Assembly: GCA_951406725.2 (NCBI GenBank)
Contig: OX597820.1
Span: 115,506,001-115,570,000 of the forward strand
Reading direction: 5' to 3'
Length of the DNA stretch: 64,000 nucleotides
Source: Octopus vulgaris
Lineage: Eukaryota
This document shows positions 1 to 11,975 of the stretch, one piece after another. The translations under genes were made by a program, and so were the position numbers. The notes beneath the pieces are model-generated. The model had not been told where the DNA came from. It saw nothing but the letters and a program-made list of their open reading frames with translations, and ran no database searches. Each line of letters begins with the position of its first letter. Position 1 is the stretch's first letter.

Positions 1-2056
1 ATCAAAGAACTCTCAAGCAGATAAACAGAATTTGGATTTTAGTACTAAATAGATTGGGTCCACCTTGACCCATTGGTATTTATGTCAGTCATACCTGGCC
101 CAAATATTCTACCTGTTTTATGTTGAAATCTGTCCAGATCCGGCCTCTCACCTATCCTACTATAAACAATCACATCATTGAAATCTCAAAGCTATGAGAT
201 GTAGCATGATTAATTCAAAACAATATGAATAAATAAGCATTACATTTGACAGAGTAATCCGAATGCAAATGGGATTTAACACCCAATCTTTCCTAAAAGT
301 TAAAGGCAGCACTGTATTAGAGCAATAGAGCATCTGGGGGAGGTGGGAATTCCATATGCTAGTTTTGCCACAAGGTTAGCCCAACACTACACACACACAC
401 ACACAAATACATGTTCATGTGTTCTTGCCATTTTGGCATTGTGTGTGTGTGTGTGTCATCCTGTTTGTTTCCATTCTCACAAACTCAGGACATGAATAGC
501 TTTCTGTGAACTATATACACTATAATACACACACACACACACACGCATGCACGCACGCACACACAACTTTGATTGCATTCAAAAAGAGGTTATTCAGATG
601 AATGACCAAATATTCACCCATCAACAACTCAACAATTTTTAGCTACAGAAGTGCTGTATCATCTCCTTGCCTATTCTTTTCCATACAACACACACACAGA
701 TAGCTTTATTTATTGCTGTCAGTGTGTGTGATCCATACAACTTTCATCAGGTGTCAATGGGCCTTTGTTTAATTAGCCATCATCCACCTAACCATAAAAA
801 TAGCATTTTCCAAACCAAAATACTTTTTCTTCTTGTTTCCTTTATTGATTTCTTTTGCAGGACACTAGTCAGTAGTAAATTGACTTCAACATATTTGATC
901 ATTCAAGTGTTCAACCTAATTTGCTTGTTGGACACTGGTCAAGCAGAATTTACATTTTTTAATCTTTTATTTTTTACTTGTTCCAGTCATTGAACTGCAG
1001 CCATGCTGGGGTACTGTCTTTTGTTATTTTTTTTAAAGTCTCCATCACTAAGTTATGGAGAGGTAAACAAACCATCACTGGTTGTCAAGACCCTAATATC
1101 TAAGCATTGTCCAAGCCTAATTAAGTTATTTATGAATACCAAATAATACCAAATTAAACCATCTCTACAGACTATGAACCCACAAATACTTTCCACTTTA
1201 CAAGAATGAAGGACAATCCAGAATAACAAGACTAAGATATAAGAAATTCACAATTGAGCATAACATGTGTATTCCCATCATCAGCTGCCAAACAGATATC
1301 ACTATGATTTCAACATATATATGATGGGTTTCCTCAGTTTCCATCTATCAAATCACTCACAAGGCATTAGTCAGCTCAAGGCTATAGTGGAAGACACTTG
1401 CCTGAGGTGGTACACAACAATGGGATTGAACCTGAAACCACATGATAGCAAAATAAAAATCGAGCTTCTTAACCATACAACGATGCCTGCATGGCTTAGA
1501 CAGAGGAGGAAATGCAGGGTTCATGACATTGTTCAGGGTATCGGAGAATGTTGAAAGGAAGTTTCCTGATAAATAAATTATTGGAAAGCGATGAAACTGG
1601 TCATTTCAACCATCATCTCAAGCTGTTGAAAACTTTCCCTAAGGACCTAATTTCACAACAACAGTTAAATGCATATGGATATGGGAACTTAATTGATTTA
1701 TTCATAAACCAGTACTCCAGTAATTATATACAATTCATTCCTTGAGCTAGTTTTCACTTCACTTAGTTAAAATACAAGGTTGGCATTCTACCTTATTGTT
1801 TGTTGGCGCTTGGTATAAGGTTACATACTAATTCACTCACACACACACATACACACAAACAATGGTATAGTCATTACACGTTTTTATCTCTTACTATTGA
1901 TTGTTCATATTGTTAGTGACAAATAATAGTAAACAATAAGTTTGAAGCAAATTCTCAGATGGTATGGAAAATGTTTCATCAAATTTCTCTCTCTCTCTCT
2001 CTTTCCTCTCACCTCTCTCTCTCGTTCTCTCTCACCTCTCTCTCTTTCTCTCTTAC

Positions 2057-2105
<49 letters not shown>

Positions 2106-3502
2106 TACATGCATGCACACACATCTGACTTATTTTTGCACTAATTTTCTCCTTGGTTCTCAGTTTCTATGAGAAAAACAGAAAGAAAACAAAACATTTC
2201 TATATTGTATCAAAACCTTATTTAAATCACACAGGATCACCTTTGTGGGAAATCAAAAATCACTGACCCACGTGGTATGTATACTCTGAGAAATAGTAGC
2301 TAAATCTCCCTAAAATCACTTCCCACTGTCTTAAAAAATGGAGGGATACATTTTATAATGCATTCCTAGATTATACTATGTATGAAAACAAAGCCAGAGG
2401 TTGTCACTGTTGGAGCACCTTTGATCAAAGGTCTGCTTGATTAGGGGTGACCTGTGGCTAAAAATCACAGCAATCAGAAACTTACCATATGTAATGTAAA
2501 GGCCCATAACAAAATACTCCAAAGCAGATTCTGCCCTTAATAATAGGAGAATATAGTCCATGTAACCAACCCAGTATTTCAACTTTTTTATTGACCTCAA
2601 AAAGATCTTAAACCCAGTACATAACTTAATATAATGTACTCTGTCAACTTCCGTCTTTACCAATAATAGCTGCTATATTGATTACTAACGCTTATGTTAT
2701 TATATTGATTTTTCCCAGCCTGTAATGATATTGATTTCTAACAGTGATTCAAGACTATATATTTTAAGGGGAGAGCTTGCTCAATTAGACTCCAAATACT
2801 TCATGGATATTTATTTTATGAACCACAAAGTTGACTCCCAATATAGGACAGGTTAAAATACAAAATGACTTAATACCACAACCATTGAAGCCAATTCTAC
2901 CCTTAATGGTACCAGTATTATTTCTTTCTAATACATAGGTACAGGCGTGGCTGTGTGGTAAGAAGTTTGCTTCCCAACTACATGGTTCTGGGTTCAGTCC
3001 CACTGTATGACACCTCAGACAAATGTCTTCTAGTATAGCCTTGGGTCAACCAAAGCCTTGTGAGTGGATTTGGCAGATGGGAACTGAAAGAAGCTTGTCA
3101 TGTGTATGTATGTATGTACAGGTACGTGTATATGTATATATATATATATATATATGTACAGGGTGCATAAGATATTTGAGGACAGATTTGTTTATGAAAA
3201 AAACATAGGCGCAGGCGTGGCTGTGTGGTAAGTAGCTTGCTTACCAACCACATGGTTCCGGTTTCATTCCCACTTGGGCAAGTGTCTTCTACTATAACCT
3301 CAGGCCAACCAAAGCCTTGTGAGTGAATTTGGTAGACAGAAACTGAAAGAAGCCTGTCGTATGTTTGTGTGTCTGTGTTTCCCCTATATCGCTTGACAAC
3401 CGATGCTGTTGTATTTGCATCCCTGTAACTTAGTGGTTCGGCAAAAGAGACCGATAGAATTTGATTTGTTCAACTAAAGGTGGTGCTCCAGCATGGTCAC
3501 AG

Positions 3503-4313
3503 TAATGGTTTTTGTGGGTTTTTAAAAGTTATAGTAGATGAGTCCAGCAGTACACCTCCATAGAATCATCATTAACCTTCCTTTTGAAGATCTTGGGTTT
3601 AAGGAAGGTTTTTGGTGCTTCATTTTGGTCCACCCACTGCCAAGAACATTTTTCATTATTGTACAGAATCCACTTTTCATCACAAGTTACAATACTGTCG
3701 AGAAATGGATCAGATTAGTTATAGAGAAGAAGTGACAAGCAAATTTCATATCTGCGCATTTTCTGATTTTCATTCAAATCATTTGGTACCAGTTTGTCAA
3801 GCATTTTGATTTTTCAATCACATGCAAGTGGTTGTAAGTATTTTCTGGCTGACTTGAAGTTCTTTTGCCAGTTCTTGAGTGGTTTTATGTGGATCTTTCT
3901 CAATGAGGATCTTTAATTGACCATCATCGATGACAGATGGGTGTCTACTACGCTCACGATCATCAAGGCTCAGGTCTCCACTGCAGAATTGTTTTAACCA
4001 TTTTCGAGATGACCACTCACTGGTCTTTTCCTCACCAAACATTTCGTTGATATCGCAAGCAATTTCAGTTGCTTTACGTCCTTTTTTGAAGTTGAATAGC
4101 AAAATTGCTCAAATATCGTGCTTTGACAGTTCGATTTCAGGTGATTGTAACAACAGTGAAAAAATATCAATGTTAATTTATTGATGCATTTGGGCAAGTC
4201 TATGTCTGTATTATCAGACAATTGCAATAACATGCTTAAAAAGAATTCAAAACTCTGCAAAAATCCGGTACAAATTCTTCATGATTCAAAATGTTGTTTA
4301 CTTTTTACTCAAC

Positions 4314-4317
<4 letters not shown>
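3503..4317 (-). mobile_element. Degenerate mariner (Hsmar1/SETMAR-like) transposon, 5' portion
   Basis: Minus-strand translation gives the HTH region FKKGRKATEIACDINEMFGE...SGDLSLDDRERSRHPS, then LDKLVPNDLNENQK (WVPHEL motif) and PFLDSIVTCDEKWILYNN (first catalytic Asp), with frameshifts and stops. Mariner-like TIR TA|TCAGGTTGAGTAAAAAGTAA at 4317; 3' part missing. Confidence 0.9.
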
Positions 4318-4352
<35 letters not shown>

Positions 4353-4375
4353 TTTATTTAAAAGCAGCAGAAATA

Positions 4376-4430
4376 TAACAAAACCTTTTACTCGGAGTTT
4401 CATGTTCCCATTCATCGGACAGTTTTGTTA
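4376..4430 (-). ncRNA. Minimal hammerhead-like motif with U4C core
   Basis: TAACAAAACTGT-CCGATGA-ATG-GGAA-CAT-GAAA-CTCCGAG-TA-AAAGGTTTTGTTA; helix I is imperfect next to the core. Confidence 0.55.
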
Positions 4431-4799
4431 TATATATATACAGCTTTTGTTATATTTCTGCTGCTTTTAAATAAAGCATATTACTCTACCTCTGGTATTT
4501 GAGTACTCTTTTTCCACCTTGTTTCACATTTATGTGCTTACTCCGGTATATATATATATATATTTAGTGTTACTATTATGTTAAACTGTTGTATGTCCAA
4601 ATTTGGTTATTTTTTAATATTTATTTTTGCTTGCAATAACCAGTTCTTTTGGTCAAATTATTGTATCTCTAACTGCTTCAGATGCCATGATATAAAAAAT
4701 TATCAAAATATAGTACAATGGTTTTGCTATGGAATGGTGAAACTATTTCGTTTTCTGAAAAAACAACATTTTGGACTTACAATACTTTTGCATAATAGC

Positions 4800-4830
<31 letters not shown>

Positions 4831-5224
4831 CTAGCAGTATCGCCCGGCGTTGCTCGGGTTTGTAAGGGAAATAATTATATAAGCATTTTTAGAGATGTAA
4901 AGTATAATAGCCATCTCAATATGGCTAACCACAAAGGGGAGGGGTGTTACTGTAGCTTTTTACGTTCTGAGATTTAATAATAAATTTTAGAGAGTTACTT
5001 CCCTTATATATGTCAAAAATGGATTAAAAATGGGAAAAATTGATGGTAAATTTTTTTTTAAATCGTAGACTCATCGTAGACGCGCGCTAATACCCAGACG
5101 GTCTCGATATGAATCACGACTATAAGATACCCGGTTTTGGTTAAACTGCACCGCAAAATGTGGGAGTAGTTAGGAATCTAAATCGTAGGAGACAGACACA
5201 CAACCTCACTTTTATATATAAAGA
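4831..5224 (-). mobile_element. Non-autonomous Helitron
   Basis: Minus strand starts A|TCTTTATATATAAAAG and ends with hairpin CCCGAGCAACGCCGGG plus CGATACTGCTAG|T: TC...CTAG termini, subterminal GC hairpin, A/T target, no TSD. Confidence 0.85.
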
Positions 5225-5518
5225 TTTCCTCTATTTACATAATATTGAGGTCTCTTTCTTTCTTTTGTTATCTTACTGTTTTTACCAATATACATATATA
5301 TATATATATATAAATATATATATAGTTACAGAGATGTACTTGCATAGCAAGTGACTTGATCTGAGATCGTGTGCTGGAACGAAAACAGTTGCAGCGTTGA
5401 AGGTGTTTATAAGCCATTTAAGAAACACACAAAAACCGTTAGATTCACTTCAACATTTAAATTTAATTTGTGAAAATATTTTCGTCGCTTTGAGACCGCG
5501 ACCTGTTAGCACGATATT

Positions 5519-5569
5519 TTTGTCAGTGAACAGGTCGCGGTCTGAAAGCGACGAAAATATTTTGGCAAA
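5519..5569 (+). ncRNA. Minimal type I hammerhead-like ribozyme with G3-C8 core
   Basis: TTTGTCA-GTGAACA-G-GTCGC-GGTCTGAAA-GCGAC-GAAA-ATAT-TT-TGGCAAA: helix I 7 bp, helix II 5 bp, palindromic minimal helix III. Confidence 0.65.
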
Positions 5570-6007
5570 TTAAATTTAAATGTTGAAGTGAATGTAACGG
5601 TTTTTGTGTGTTTCTTAAATGGCTTACAAACACCTTCCACGCTGCAATATATATATACACACATATATATATATGTATGTATGTATGTGTGTATATGTGT
5701 ATGCATGTATGTGTGTGTGTGTGCGTGTCTGCTTGTGATTGTCCTCCACCACTGCTTGACAACGAATGTTGGTTTGTTTACATCCCTGTCACCTAGTGGT
5801 TTGACAAAGGAAACAGATAGAATAAGTACAATGCTTACAAAAATAAAACTGGAGTTGATTCATTAAACTACAATTCTTCAAGGCATTGCCCCAGCATGGC
5901 CACAGACCAATGGCTGGAGAAAGCAGAAGAATAAAAGAATACATTCTCTGCTTTGGTCATATGTTGAAGGCATGAGAAAGCTTGAGTTTACATGAGAAGG
6001 CCTAACA

Positions 6008-6378
6008 GACCTGGTAGAAACAGCAGCCAAATCTCCCTCAAATCACACCTTACTGTCTTATGTATGTATATATATATGAGCCAATGAGGGGGACCTCTAC
6101 ATGGTAGCTAGACCTGGTAGAAATAGCAGCCAAATTTCCCCCAAATCACACCTTACTGTCTTATCTATGTATATATGTATGTATGAGCCTATGAGGGAGA
6201 CCCCTACATGGCAGCTAGACCTGGTAGAAATAGCAGCCAAATTTCCCCCAAATCACACCTTACTGTCTTATCTATGTATATATGTATGTATGAGCCTATG
6301 AGGGAGACCCCTACATGGCAGCTAGACATGGTAGAAATAGCAGCCAAATCTCCCTCAAATCACACCTTACTGTCTTAT
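6008..6378 (+). repeat. 107-bp tandem repeat, about 3.5 copies
   Basis: Unit gagcctatgagggagacccctacatggcagctagacctggtagaaatagcagcc... starting at 6078, 6185 and 6292. Confidence 0.9.
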
Positions 6379-6379
6379 C

Positions 6380-6890
6380 TTTCTGCTACTTGGATATAGG
6401 TGTTATATTCGTCGTAAAAAAACTTTCCTGTCACACACTCACGCACACGCACACACACACACACACACACGCACCCTCACACACACACACACACGCACAC
6501 CCACACACACCCACTCACACACACGCACGTTAGCTTACAATTTTATTTATATATTTGCGTGTCTGTGTGGAAAGAGGAAGTGGGAGGCAGAGTGAAAGAA
6601 TCACTCACTACAGTAAGTCAATTACTTTCATTTTATTCGTTGCCCACTGTGTGTGTGCGTTTGCGTGTGCTGTAAACCAGACTAAGAAAAGCATTTGACA
6701 CACACCAGAATGTGAGTTTTCTGTAAATTTTGCTTAACTGGAGTTTAAATTTTAAAAACTGGACCTGGCATGACGCGATGCATTGTACTCTTAAAAATGC
6801 AAGGTAAATTGTAATTGAAGAAATCCTATATTGTAGATTTGTATAACTCCCAAAGGGAGGCAGATAAAATCTGCCTTTTATAATAAGAGA
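6380..6890 (-). mobile_element. Possible Helitron 5' fragment
   Basis: Minus strand begins A|TCTCTTATTATAAAAGG next to a (TA)n tract, like the 4831-5224 element. No CTAG or hairpin end found. Confidence 0.4.
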
Positions 6891-7575
6891 TATATATATA
6901 TATATACATACACATCCATATGATGGAATTCTTTCAGTTTCTATTACCACATCCATTCACAATGCTTTCATTGCCCTGAGGCTTATAGTAGAAGATTAGA
7001 AGGAAAAGACACTGCTTATATGATGGTGACACTCATTTACAACAATCACACAGTGTCAAGTCAAGGTGACACTAACGCACACACATTTATACACACATGC
7101 ACACACACACACATACACACACACACATACACACACACACAAATGATGGGGTTCTTTCAGTTTCCATCTAATAAACTCCACTTATAAGCCTTTGGTTGGC
7201 CCAGGGCTATAGTAGAAAACATTTGCCCAAGGTACCACACAGTGGGACTGAACTTGAAACCATGTCACTGGAAAGCAAACTTCTTAACACATTGCTATGC
7301 CAGCCTCAATTCCTCAAAATTGTTCTGATTTTAAATTCTACAAGACTTGATTATGCCAGCTATATTCCTGGAGCTGATATGTAGCAACAATATACTGAAA
7401 CTTCAATGGACTAACTTATCCTTCCTCTGTAAATTTATAGCCTAGTGCCAATTTGAGCCACTGTGAGAGCTGAGCCTCTGCATGGTTACTGACCAGCTAG
7501 AAATATCAGCCAAGTCTCTCAAATCACACTGAACTTTCTTATATTAATGAGAACCCAGGTTCGAAATTTCCCCAA

Positions 7576-7621
7576 GACACCTGATGAATGCTGGAGGGTA
7601 TATCAGCCGAAATGTTGTGTT
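7576..7621 (+). ncRNA. Decayed minimal hammerhead motif (Penelope pLTR type)
   Basis: GACAC-CTGATGA-AT-GCTG-GAGGGTATAT-CAGC-C-GAAA-TG-TT-GTGTT: core intact, but the closing pair of helix II and helix III are mutated. Confidence 0.55.
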
Positions 7622-7984
7622 AACAACAAACAAGACGAGGACAAATATCCGTCAAATGTAAATAATGTACATAATTCCTCATCTCTTAAATACAGAACTG
7701 TAATACATGATTAATTCAAAACTATGTGAATAAATAAGCATTACATTTGATAGAGTAATTTGAATGCCAAATGGTTAAACAACAGCAAGTTAAGTTTCTT
7801 CTCTCCATCTGGATTATAAAGTCTTAGTATAAAAGGAGCAGTAAAAAAAATCTTTTAGCGACAAAACCATTATACGTTTAAAGAAAAACATTAACATAAC
7901 CCTTAAAAGGAATCAATACATATCGTTAATTTGGAGGAGTAAGGGGTGCACTAACCCTGACCTTTACAGTACTTTCCAAGACTA

Positions 7985-8450
7985 GAAAGATTGTTGCTGT
8001 TGGTGTTTAGCTGAAGATTTATAGGTCAGTGTTTGTGGGAAAAGCATGAGTGGGGAAGGAATTCTAGAAGTTCTGTAACCTTGGAGAGTGAAAATCTGGA
8101 TAAAGTGCTCTTGACATGTTGGAAAAGTGAGATGATTGGGTAGGTGACAGTGGGAGCAGGAGAGACAAGTAAGTACGCCTTGATAGAGTGATTATGCAGT
8201 CAGTTTGTTCTGAAGTACAGGTATTATTTTAGGAGCAGTAGTAGTGGCAAGGAAAAGAAATCACACAACTGTGAGCCAGTGTTTGTAGTATGTTGAAGAG
8301 TGAATGATCTGTTGCCAATCAGTAGACTCTTACCGTCCCATACTTGAGTAGAACTCTAATGTGCATCTTGAAACTTGTAGATTAATAATTAGAAAGATAT
8401 CTTGCCATGAAGCTCCAATGCTATCGTAATTATTTCCAGAAATGAATTAT
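7985..8450 (-). mobile_element. Old CR1/Jockey-group LINE 3' remnant
   Basis: Minus-strand fragments LQTLAHSCVIS and a decayed LWNSLP/NLQ-type C-terminal region. Confidence 0.45.
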
Positions 8451-11116
8451 AATTATGGTAACTAATATAGTTGCAGTGTTCACATATACCAGTTCAAATA
8501 TGCTTGAGGCACTGGGTTTAAACTAGGGAACAAGCCATTCACTGTGTTTTGTATGGAGAAAATTTCTCACTGTAAACAAATGGTGTAGATCAGTTCACAG
8601 TGTCACCTGCCTAGACTGTGAGATGCCAGCATTTTGGAGTAGTTGTCTCCTCTTCAGTTGCAGACACCAAGCAGGTGATGCTGCAAACTACAATGACTGA
8701 TAGTGCTATGTGGCGGCTCACCATAAATAAATTACAGAATGGGAAAATTAAGAAGTGACATGTTTAAATGCAATGTTGTTCCCTGGTTCAAACATGCCTC
8801 AGGCATTTTTGAACCGGTAATAACATTGCATTTATAAGTATCACTGCTTAGCATTCCCACTCCATAAAGTAATGTAGTTGGGAAATGGCTGAGTGGATAG
8901 GGTTCTGCACTACCTACTGGTAGTTCACTAGTTCAAACTCTGTTTTGATATTTAGTTTATCATGGCTGTGCTTAAGAACCATGTAGTTTTAGGATTAATG
9001 TCACAGCATGGCACCTTGGGATAGTGTCTTTTGCTATAGCCCCGGGATGATCGATGCCTTGTGAGTGAATTTGGTAGCTGAAAACTATGAGGAAGCCCAT
9101 CACACACACACACTCTGTGTGTGTGCGTGTGTGCCTGTGTTTGTCCCCACCCTACATACCTGCTTGATAACTTGTATTGACTTGTTTACGTCCCTGAAAC
9201 TTAACAATTTGCAAAGATGGCCAATGGAGTGGGTATCAGATTTTAAAAAATGAGTACTAGGTTCGACCTGACTAAAACCCTTCAAGGTGGTGCTCCAGCA
9301 TGGCCACAGTCCAATGACTGAAACAGAAGGAAAAGGTATATTAAGTATTGAATTAAAGAAATTACATTTACTTTATCATTTCAAGCAGCTGGTATAAAGA
9401 TATAAACTTTTGATGTTTTTTTATCAATATTGATTTCTACAAGAAATGTTTTGGTAAAAATGCAAATGGAAATATGTGTCTACTGAAGAACAATTGGCAA
9501 TGGGTAATGAGTTATGAATAATCAATTAAAAGGTTACATTTTAGTAAACTCTCAGTCGAACCATCCAACCCATGCCAGCATGGAAAACGAACATTAAATG
9601 CTGATGATGATGTTGATGATGATGATGATCATCATCATCATCAGAAAGTGAAAAAACAGTACAAGATATTACAATGGATGCTTTTATTGTAAAAGTAATT
9701 ATTCAGTGATTCTGGTAGGAAGAAAATATATCTGGAAGTATTACATAATTGACAGGAGTTCAATACCTTTGATTTATAACTTCAAATAGCAACATAAAAT
9801 CAATAGAGATCAAACATCCATGCTTCTGTTGAAACTTTAGATTTCCACATTGCTAGAAATTCTATGAGCAGAAAATAATTCTAACAAAAGCAGAGTTATA
9901 TCATGTAAAGTCTGTGATGAGTATCAAAAATCTAATTAGAAATAATTATATAGTGAAGAGAAGGCAACAGTAGCTTAGTGACTAATGTTATTTTAATAAT
10001 GTTGCTAAGTGTTGGAGATAAGTCAGAATATATTTCAGTCATAGACCTCCTCAGCCAAGCATAGATTTCACTGTAATGATAAGAAAATCACAAAGTTGAT
10101 GTAAGATATTGTACACATGTAGACAAAAAAAAGTGTATTTGAAAAATTACTTTATTTACTCATATTGAAATCACTGGTGCTAGTGCCACATAAAAACACC
10201 CAGTACACTCTAAAATGGTTGCCGTTAGGAAGAGTATCCAGCTGTAGAAACCGTATCAAGACAGGCAATGGAAGCTGGTATGGCTCTTGGCCTTGCCAGC
10301 TCTTGTCAAACTTCCAACCCATGCCAGCATGGAAAACAGACATTAAATGAAAACAGTGATGACGATGTAAAAGTCACACCTCTAATTTTGCATTCATGAT
10401 CGATGCCGGGCCTGCCTGATTGGCACGTAAAAAGCACTCACTACACTCTCAGAGTGGTTGGCATTAGGAAGAGCATCCAGCTGTAGAAACATTGCAGATC
10501 AGATAGAAGCCTGCTGCAGCTGCTGGCTCTCCAGACCTTAGTCAAACCCATGCCAGCATGGAAAACGGACCTTCAACGATGATGATTTTGATACAAAATA
10601 TTTTTCCATTCATAGTTCAAGCTTTGTCTTGTATATTAATCCCCCCCCCCCATAACCTTTTTTTTCTTCTCTTCAGTTAAAATCAAGTAGTGCCACATAT
10701 CCATGAACAAATAGACTGCATCAACACCATCCAAGGACCAAATAATGGTGTTAAACAGAGCTATGAATTAAGTGTGCAAGAAATTTAAGCTACAAACTCT
10801 TTATTCATTCAAGATCTCATATCCACTCGAGGTTGTTTGATGTAACCTGTACAAGAAGTTCTGAGAAACCTTTACCAACATAACACTAACATTCTACTAT
10901 ACTAGATGTTTGCTTCTCATTCTGTTTATGAAATATAAACAAGAGTTAAATGCCTACAGGACCAATGTGGTCGGTAGAGGAAATAACTTTAAATGTTGCA
11001 TATAATTTCTGTTAAATTTCTAACATAATTTGATGTAAAACAACTATATTGTATAAAACAAGGTCCATATTTACCTATTATTACAGATTTTATTATTAAT
11101 ATTATTTGTGGTGAAA

Positions 11117-11328
11117 GGTGGTGAGCTGGCAGAAACGTTAGCACGCTGAGCAAAATGCTTAGCAGTATTTCCTCAGTCTTTGCATTCTGAGTTCAAATTC
11201 CGCCGAGGTCGACTTTGCTTTTCATCCTTTCAGGGTCAATAAATTAAGCCCCAGTTGCATACTGGGGTCGATCTAATTGAGTGGCCCCTTCCCCCAAAAT
11301 TTCATGCCTTGTGCTTAGAGTAGAAAAG
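11117..11328 (+). mobile_element. tRNA-derived SINE family B with 19-bp TSD
   Basis: ggtggtgagctggcagaa...gagttcaaattc...tttcatcctttcagggtc, with TSD AATATTATTTGTGGTGAAA on both sides. Many more copies (13210, 15925, 16390, 20357, 42745, 51640). Confidence 0.9.
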
Positions 11329-11581
11329 AATATTATTTGTGGTGAAAGTAGCGATGCCTTACAAATATTGGGAATCTTCATATTAAAAAGATAGTATTTG
11401 TACGTTCTTGAGTCAGCTAAAGATTATCCCTATAAGTTACTTGTACCTTTAATTGATATATCTATAACATTTCTACAATATATATATCCATGATTTTTTT
11501 CTTCTGTATTTATTATGACATCTAAGTCTCATATATTAGATTGAAACATTAGGTAATAATTAATTAATAATATAACTATAT

Positions 11582-11975
11582 AGGCGCAGGAGTGGCTGTG
11601 TGGTAAGTAGCTTGTTTAACCAACCACATTGTTCCGGGTTCAGTCCCACTGCGTGGCATCTTGGGCAAGTGTCTTCTGCTATAGCCCCAGGCCGACCAAT
11701 GCCTTGTGAGTGGATTTGGTAGACGGAAACTGTCGTATATATGTATAAGTGTGTATGTATATGTTTGTGTGTCTGTGTTTGTCCTCCTAGCATTGCTTGA
11801 CGACCGATGCTGGTGTGTTTACGTTCCCGTTACTTAGCGGTTCGGCAAAAGAGACTGATAGAATAAGTACTGGGCTTACAAAGAATAAGTCCCGGGGTCG
11901 ATTTGCTCGACTAAAGGCGGTGCTCCAGCATGGCCGCAGTCAAATGACTGAAACAAGTAAAAGAGTAAAAGAGAG
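11582..11975 (+). mobile_element. tRNA-derived SINE family A (octopus OR-type, CORE-like), young copy
   Basis: A box TGGCTGTGTGG, B box GGTTCAGTCC, CORE-like cttgggcaagtg, internal TA/TG tract, (AAAAGAGT)n tail. About 25 further full or partial copies occur on both strands (e.g. 2938, 3208, 14188, 18686, 20913, 43170, 48755, 50272, 62755). Confidence 0.9.

Noticed and set aside
2486-2719. Possible minus-strand exon with a GTAAG donor at 2485
   Set aside because: All three frames have stops from the candidate acceptor and no product is recognisable.
3157-3205. TACAGGGTG Tc1-like terminus
   Set aside because: No partner TIR found, and it does not match the mariner TIR at 4317.
6008-6378. CRISPR-like appearance of regularly spaced repeats (also 54450-54635)
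   Set aside because: Units are contiguous with no unique spacers, the context is eukaryotic and there are no cas genes.
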